DNA from: Dehalococcoidia bacterium
GTDB lineage: Bacteria > Chloroflexota > Dehalococcoidia > SM23-28-2
Assembly: GCA_020356025.1 (NCBI GenBank)
Contig: CP070630.1
Span: 1,729,027 to 1,793,026, forward strand
Direction of reading: 5' to 3'
Length of the DNA: 64,000 nucleotides
Part shown: positions 58,870 through 64,000 of the stretch, in pieces
How the letters are laid out: every line of letters begins with the position of its first letter
Position numbering within the stretch: position 1 is the stretch's first letter
Made by a program: the position numbers and the translations under genes
Notes under the pieces: generated by a model
Told to the model about the DNA's origin: nothing
The model's input: only the letters and a program-made list of their open reading frames with translations
Databases searched by the model: none

Positions 58870-61866
58870 ATGGACGAACTGTTCGGCCTATCGATGGACT
58901 ACATCATGATCGCCCTGCTGATCTTGCTGGCGATCTCGCTGGCCACCGTGGCCTATGTCGTGTTGCGCAACCGCATCATGTTCAAGATGGGCGTGCGCAA
59001 CATCCCCCGTCGCATGGCCCAGACCGTCCTCATCGTCATCGGCCTCATGCTCAGCACCCTCATCATCTCCGCCGCTCTCACCACCGGCGATACCGTCGAC
59101 CGCAGCATAACCAACTGGGTCTATGAGATAGCAGGCCACGCCGACGAGATCGTGGAGTTCGATGCGGAGAAGATCGGTGACGGGACCGCTGAGCCCTTCG
59201 TTCCCGAATCCACCGTCGCCGAACTCGAGGCTGCCCTCGGCGACGATCCCGACATCGACGGCATTGTCCCAACCCTCTTCGAGCCGGTGCCGGTCATCAA
59301 CCCACGCACAGGCCTCAGCAGTCCCTCGGCCTTTCTCACCGGCGCGGACCCCGAGCGCATGGACGGCTTCCCCGACATCATCTCTCTCGACGGCGAGGTG
59401 CTCGACCTCGGCGCCCTTGCCTCCGACGAGATCTACTTGAACGAGAGCGGCCAGGAAGAGCTTGACGCTCAGATCGGCGATACCCTTCAGGTTTTCGTCG
59501 TCGGTATGCCTACTACCTTCAAAGTGGTGGACATCGTCAAGGACAAATACATCACCGGCGCCCTCACTACCGAGGAAGGCCAATCACAGGACGGCATGGT
59601 CACCCGCCTGGATGTGGCCCAGCGGCTCTTCGACCGCGAGGGGGAGGTCGACTTCATCGGCATCTCCAACCGCGGAGGCGTGCGCGACGGCATGGCCCTC
59701 TCCGATACGGTCGCCGAGAAGGTCGAGGCCGCCCTCACCAACCCCAGCCTTAGCGTGGAGAAGATAAAGCAGGACACCGTGGAGATGGCCGAGCTCATAG
59801 GCAACGTCATGTCCACCATGTTCCTGGTCATGGGCCTCTTCTCCATCGCCGCCGGCATCCTCCTCATCTTCATGATCTTCGTCATGCTGGCAGCAGAGCG
59901 GAAGCCGGAGATGGGCATGGCCCGCGCCGTGGGCAGCAAGCGCAGCCAGCTCGTCCACGCCTTCCTCTCGGAGGGCATGGCCTACAACCTGGGGGCTGCA
60001 TTGGTCGGTGCCGGCCTGGGAGTGCTCGTGGCCATCGCCATGACCCGCGTCATGGCCGGTATGTTCGCCCAGATCAACATCGACATCACCCCCCATGTCA
60101 CCCCTCGCAGCCTGATCATCGCCTACTGCCTGGGGGTCGTGGTCACCTTCATCACCGTCGTCATCTCCTCCTGGCGAGTGAGCCGCCTCAACATCGTGCG
60201 GGCCCTCCGTGACATCCCCGAGCCCACCTACCGCCGGGCGCGACTCCGCACCCTGGTCTTCGGCATCATAGCCATCTTATTCGGGGTCTTCCTCGCCTGG
60301 GTCGGCGTCAGCTCTGGAGTGCTTGCTCCATTCACACTCGGAGTGTCCATCTCCTTGCTGAGCCTAGCCGCGGTCATGCGCTACTTCGCTCTGCCGGAGC
60401 GTCCCGTTTTCACCATCGTCGGCCTGGCCGTTCTGGCATACTGGGCCCTCTGGTCGGGACCACTGGAGGACGTCGGGCCCGAGATGTCGGGCGACATCGA
60501 GATGTTCTTCCTCTCCGGCATTTTCATGGTGGCCTCCTCTACCTTCGTCATCGTCTACAACGCCGACATCCTCCTCCACGCCATAGAGCGCGCCGGCGGT
60601 TGGCTTGGCCGCCTTCTGCCCGCGCTGCGTATCGCCGTCGCCTACCCCCTGGCCAACAAGTTCCGCACGGGCATGACCCTGGCCATGATCGCTTTGGTGG
60701 TCTTCGCTGTGATCATGATGTCCGTCATGAACACTAACTTCGACGCCGTCTTCCTGCGCGAGGAGGCCCGCGGCGGCTGGGACATTGTCGTCACCGAGAA
60801 CCCCAACAACCCCATCAACGACTTGAACGCGGCCCTGGACAGGGAAGGCTCAGTCGACACTGCCCAGTTCGCCGCCGTCGGGGCGGCCCGCTACCCCGAC
60901 CTCTTCGCCGGTGCGGAGCTGCGGCGACCTGGCGGAAGGCACGAGTGGGAATCCTATCCAGTAGTGGGAGTGGACGACGCCTTCGCCCGCGACTCGCAGA
61001 TCAGGCTCCAGACCCGCGCCTCTCAGTATGCGGACGACCCCGCCGTATGGGAGGCCATCCGCACCACGCCCGGCCTGGCGGTGATCGACGCCTTCGCCGT
61101 CTCTGAGGGTGCCTTCCAGGCCGGCGGGCCCGAGTTCCACCTCGAAGATTTCGACGAGACCGCCAAGGAGATGGAACCCCTGGTCCTGCAGCTGCGCGAC
61201 CCGACTAGTGGCAGCCTAGTGAACCTCTCCCTTGTTGGGGTTATCGATTTTGGCTCTAGCGCCAACTTCTTTGGCCTCTACACCTCGGAGCAGACCTTCA
61301 ACGAGGCCTTCGGTGAGCCCGAGTTCTCCCGCTTCTACGTGAAGGTGCAGCCAGGCGTGGACCCCAGCGACACGGCCAAGGCCATCGAGTCCGCCCTGGT
61401 CACCACCGGCGCCCAGGCCGAGTCCATAAAAGACCAGATCGAGGAGCAAAACGCCACCTTCAATAGCTTCTTCTACCTGATCCAGGGCTTCATGGGCCTG
61501 GGCCTGCTCGTGGGCACCGCGGCCGTCGGCGTTATCGCATTCCGCTCGGTGGTTGAGCGGCGCCAGCAGATCGGCATGCTCCGGGCCATCGGCTACACGC
61601 GCGGCACCGTGGCCCTCAGCTTCATCATGGAGTCATCGTTCATCGCCCTGCTCGGCATCGCCACCGGCGTCGGCCTGGCGGTGCTCCTCTCCTTCAACCT
61701 GCTTACCAGCGACGAATTCGAGAATCTGGACATGAGCTTCATCATCCCCTGGTGGCAGATTCTCCTTACCGCCGCCTTCGCCTACGGAGCCTCTTTCCTG
61801 ATGACCATTCTCCCCTCGCGTCAAGCGTCGGGCATCGTCATCGCCGAGGCCATCCGCTACGAGTAG
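58870..61866 (+). CDS. FtsX/MacB-like ABC transporter permease (large, duplicated)
   Basis: RNIPRR, ERKPEMGMARAVG, ERRQQIGMLRAIG and C-terminal AEAIRYE motifs. Confidence 0.9.
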   Translation: MDELFGLSMDYIMIALLILLAISLATVAYVVLRNRIMFKMGVRNIPRRMAQTVLIVIGLMLSTLIISAALTTGDTVDRSITNWVYEIAGHADEIVEFDAEKIGDGTAEPFVPESTVAELEAALGDDPDIDGIVPTLFEPVPVINPRTGLSSPSAFLTGADPERMDGFPDIISLDGEVLDLGALASDEIYLNESGQEELDAQIGDTLQVFVVGMPTTFKVVDIVKDKYITGALTTEEGQSQDGMVTRLDVAQRLFDREGEVDFIGISNRGGVRDGMALSDTVAEKVEAALTNPSLSVEKIKQDTVEMAELIGNVMSTMFLVMGLFSIAAGILLIFMIFVMLAAERKPEMGMARAVGSKRSQLVHAFLSEGMAYNLGAALVGAGLGVLVAIAMTRVMAGMFAQINIDITPHVTPRSLIIAYCLGVVVTFITVVISSWRVSRLNIVRALRDIPEPTYRRARLRTLVFGIIAILFGVFLAWVGVSSGVLAPFTLGVSISLLSLAAVMRYFALPERPVFTIVGLAVLAYWALWSGPLEDVGPEMSGDIEMFFLSGIFMVASSTFVIVYNADILLHAIERAGGWLGRLLPALRIAVAYPLANKFRTGMTLAMIALVVFAVIMMSVMNTNFDAVFLREEARGGWDIVVTENPNNPINDLNAALDREGSVDTAQFAAVGAARYPDLFAGAELRRPGGRHEWESYPVVGVDDAFARDSQIRLQTRASQYADDPAVWEAIRTTPGLAVIDAFAVSEGAFQAGGPEFHLEDFDETAKEMEPLVLQLRDPTSGSLVNLSLVGVIDFGSSANFFGLYTSEQTFNEAFGEPEFSRFYVKVQPGVDPSDTAKAIESALVTTGAQAESIKDQIEEQNATFNSFFYLIQGFMGLGLLVGTAAVGVIAFRSVVERRQQIGMLRAIGYTRGTVALSFIMESSFIALLGIATGVGLAVLLSFNLLTSDEFENLDMSFIIPWWQILLTAAFAYGASFLMTILPSRQASGIVIAEAIRYE

Positions 61867-61928
61867 ACATGGCCCTCACCGACGCCCGATGTCATCGAGG
61901 ATCTCCACCACTCCGCCCTCGTTTGCGG

Positions 61929-61957
61929 TTGACAATACGCTAGTCACGCGCCATCAT
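61929..61957 (+). promoter_or_regulatory. Putative sigma70-type promoter
   Basis: TTGACA-N17-CATCAT upstream of the 62022 gene. Confidence 0.45.
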
Positions 61958-62021
61958 TGGCTCCAAGATCACAGTCATCGATCCGGCCAGCCTGGCCGTA
62001 TCCACTAAAAAGGAGGAAGCC

Positions 62022-62594
62022 ATGGCCACAGGCTACCCGGCCACCCTGGACGTACCCGTCCGCGAGAAGATCCCTAGAGATCAGGCCATTATGCACACCA
62101 TCCTCGCGATCGTGTTCTACTGGCTAGCCGCGGGAATCCTCGGTTTCTTGGCGTACATCGTCGCCCCCATCGCCATAGCCATACGGGTCCGCTCTAAGGG
62201 CGGCGACAAGTTCATCGAGGAAGACGGAGCAGAATTCGCGCGCTACGGTAAGCTGTTCATGGCCATCTACACCTACGTTTACTTCCTCACCGATGAGGCT
62301 CCGGAGAAGGCCATCGAAAGCACAGTCAAGGTCGACTTCCAGCCCAGCGGCAGCCCAACGTGGCTCCATGCCCTCTTCACCCAGATCCTCCTCATCCCTC
62401 ACGGGCTGGTGCTGGGCATCCTGGGCCTCGCCTTCATCGTCATCCTTCCCTGGACGGCCATCGTCGCCATCGCCAACGAGCAGTACGCTAAGCAGTTCTA
62501 CTCGTTCGTCTTGAACTACCTCCGTTGGCAGACCAGGGTGACCGCCTACCTGTTCTCACTGACGCAGGAGTACCCGCCCTTTGCCTGGGACTAG
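62022..62594 (+). CDS. DUF4389-like membrane protein
   Basis: YPATL, IL.IPH..VL and LRW..RV.AYL..LT.EYPPF motifs; SD AAGGAGG. Confidence 0.78.
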   Translation: MATGYPATLDVPVREKIPRDQAIMHTILAIVFYWLAAGILGFLAYIVAPIAIAIRVRSKGGDKFIEEDGAEFARYGKLFMAIYTYVYFLTDEAPEKAIESTVKVDFQPSGSPTWLHALFTQILLIPHGLVLGILGLAFIVILPWTAIVAIANEQYAKQFYSFVLNYLRWQTRVTAYLFSLTQEYPPFAWD

Positions 62595-62656
62595 AGAGAC
62601 GCCCTGACAGCAGAGCGCAGCCGTAGAAGGTAGCCGCGACGCCCAAAGCGCACTCT

Positions 62657-64000
62657 GTGGAAAGGTTCGAGCTTGCCAACCTCGACCGAACGAAGCCCAT
62701 CAACGCCGTGGGCTGGCGGCCCTTCTGGCTGGCCCTGACGACCATCGCCCTTCTGACCGTTGCGCTGGCGGCCTGCCAGGAAGGGGAGCCCCAGGGGCCG
62801 CCAGCTATCGACCTGGCTCGCCAGCGCCCTGCCCTGAGCCTGTTCGGTGCCCAGGCAGGCGATAAGGTCAGAGCGGTCGCCGCCGGCGACGTCAACGGCG
62901 ACGGCCAGCAAGATATCATCGTCGGCGCCTTTAACGCCGACGGCCCCCAGGACAGCAGGCCCGATTGCGGCGAGACCTACGTCATGTTCGGCTCAGCCGA
63001 TAGAGGCGAGACCATCGACTTCGCTGAGGGTCAGCAGGACATCACCATATTCGGCGCCGACAGCAGTGATTCCCTCGGCTTCGCCGTCGCCACCGGCGAC
63101 GTCAACGGTGACGGCATCGACGACATCCTGGTCGGGGCGCTCCTGGCCGACGGCCCCGGCAACGGGAAACCCAACGCCGGCGAAGCCTACGTGATCTTTG
63201 GCTCCCCCTCCCTCGCGCCAACCGTTGACATTGCTCTGGGGGAGCAGAACCTCACCCTGTTCGGCGCAGAGCAAGAAGACCGCCTGGGCGCATCCCTGGC
63301 CACCGGCGACGCCAACGGCGACGGCCTCCAGGACATCCTGCTCGGCTCCTTCCTGGCCGACGGGCCGGAGAACGCCCGCTATCAGGGGGGAGAAGTCTAC
63401 CTGATTTTCGGCACGTCCACCCTATCCGGATCCAGAGACATGGCCCAGGACGAGTACGACCTGGCCCTCATCGCCGCTGAGGCCGACGACCAGCTAGGCC
63501 ACCACCTGGCAATGGGCGACCTGAACAAGGACGACATCGACGACCTCATAGTATCCGCATTCAGGGCGGATGGCCCCGACAACGCCCGCGAGGACGGCGG
63601 CGAGGTCTATGTCATCTTTGGCTCCCCCTCCCTCACCGGCGTTCTCGACCTCGCCTCCACTCCTCCCGCTGTGACGGTGACCGCTGCCGACAACGAGGAC
63701 CACTTGGGCCATGCAGTCGCCTCGCGCGACATCAACGGCGATGCCACCGACGATCTCATAATCACTGCGCCCAGAGCCGATGGACCAGACAACGCCCGAG
63801 AAGACGCCGGCGAAGCCTACGTTGTCTTCGGCTCGCCGTCCCTGGAGAGCTCCGTCGATATCGCCCTGGCTGAGCACGACGTGACCATCCTCGGCACCGA
63901 CCCCGACGACCGTCTGGGCACGTCCCTGGCCAGCGCCGACCTGAACGGCGATGGGGTGAACGACATCGTCCTGGGAACGGAGAGAGGAGACGGGCCAGAC
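62657..64000 (+). CDS. FG-GAP repeat lipoprotein (3' truncated by window; absent from ORF track)
   Basis: Frame 2: ...WLALTTIALLTVALAAC (lipobox), then GDVNGDG.DD...ADGP...GE.YV.FG repeats open to the window end; start 62657 or 62708. Confidence 0.82.
   Translation, partial: MERFELANLDRTKPINAVGWRPFWLALTTIALLTVALAACQEGEPQGPPAIDLARQRPALSLFGAQAGDKVRAVAAGDVNGDGQQDIIVGAFNADGPQDSRPDCGETYVMFGSADRGETIDFAEGQQDITIFGADSSDSLGFAVATGDVNGDGIDDILVGALLADGPGNGKPNAGEAYVIFGSPSLAPTVDIALGEQNLTLFGAEQEDRLGASLATGDANGDGLQDILLGSFLADGPENARYQGGEVYLIFGTSTLSGSRDMAQDEYDLALIAAEADDQLGHHLAMGDLNKDDIDDLIVSAFRADGPDNAREDGGEVYVIFGSPSLTGVLDLASTPPAVTVTAADNEDHLGHAVASRDINGDATDDLIITAPRADGPDNAREDAGEAYVVFGSPSLESSVDIALAEHDVTILGTDPDDRLGTSLASADLNGDGVNDIVLGTERGDGPD

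Overview
This is a GC-rich, densely coding bacterial window. Gene content (Tat-exported formate dehydrogenase with an NrfD/HybB-type anchor, AOR, AbfD, paired class III CoA-transferases, FG-GAP and dockerin-tailed surface proteins) suggests an anaerobic Chloroflexota/Dehalococcoidia-like organism; this is inference. I found no rRNA, tRNA, transposase or CRISPR array. Two pairs of split ORFs in the track are intact selenoprotein genes with an in-frame UGA and a SECIS-like hairpin: fdnG (12573-15731) and an orphan PrdB/GrdB-family protein (51753-52622). The most notable unannotated element is at 7909-8117 (minus strand), upstream of a yedE-DUF3343-kinase-sirA putative selenium-handling operon. 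It has a promoter, a perfect Shine-Dalgarno and a short ORF reading MTWLPRLGFT-UGA-V-UGA, followed by a SECIS-like hairpin. It is a candidate selenocysteine-sensing leader peptide (attenuator). Other points of interest are three adjacent paralogues of an unrecognised domain with ECF-type promoters, a shared dockerin-like tail on secreted proteins, an ADPS-like/GlpD/DAGK operon (possible ether-lipid metabolism), a Rex/CRP-like operator in the fdh promoter, and REP-like repeats. All family calls come from motif recognition by eye, not database searches.
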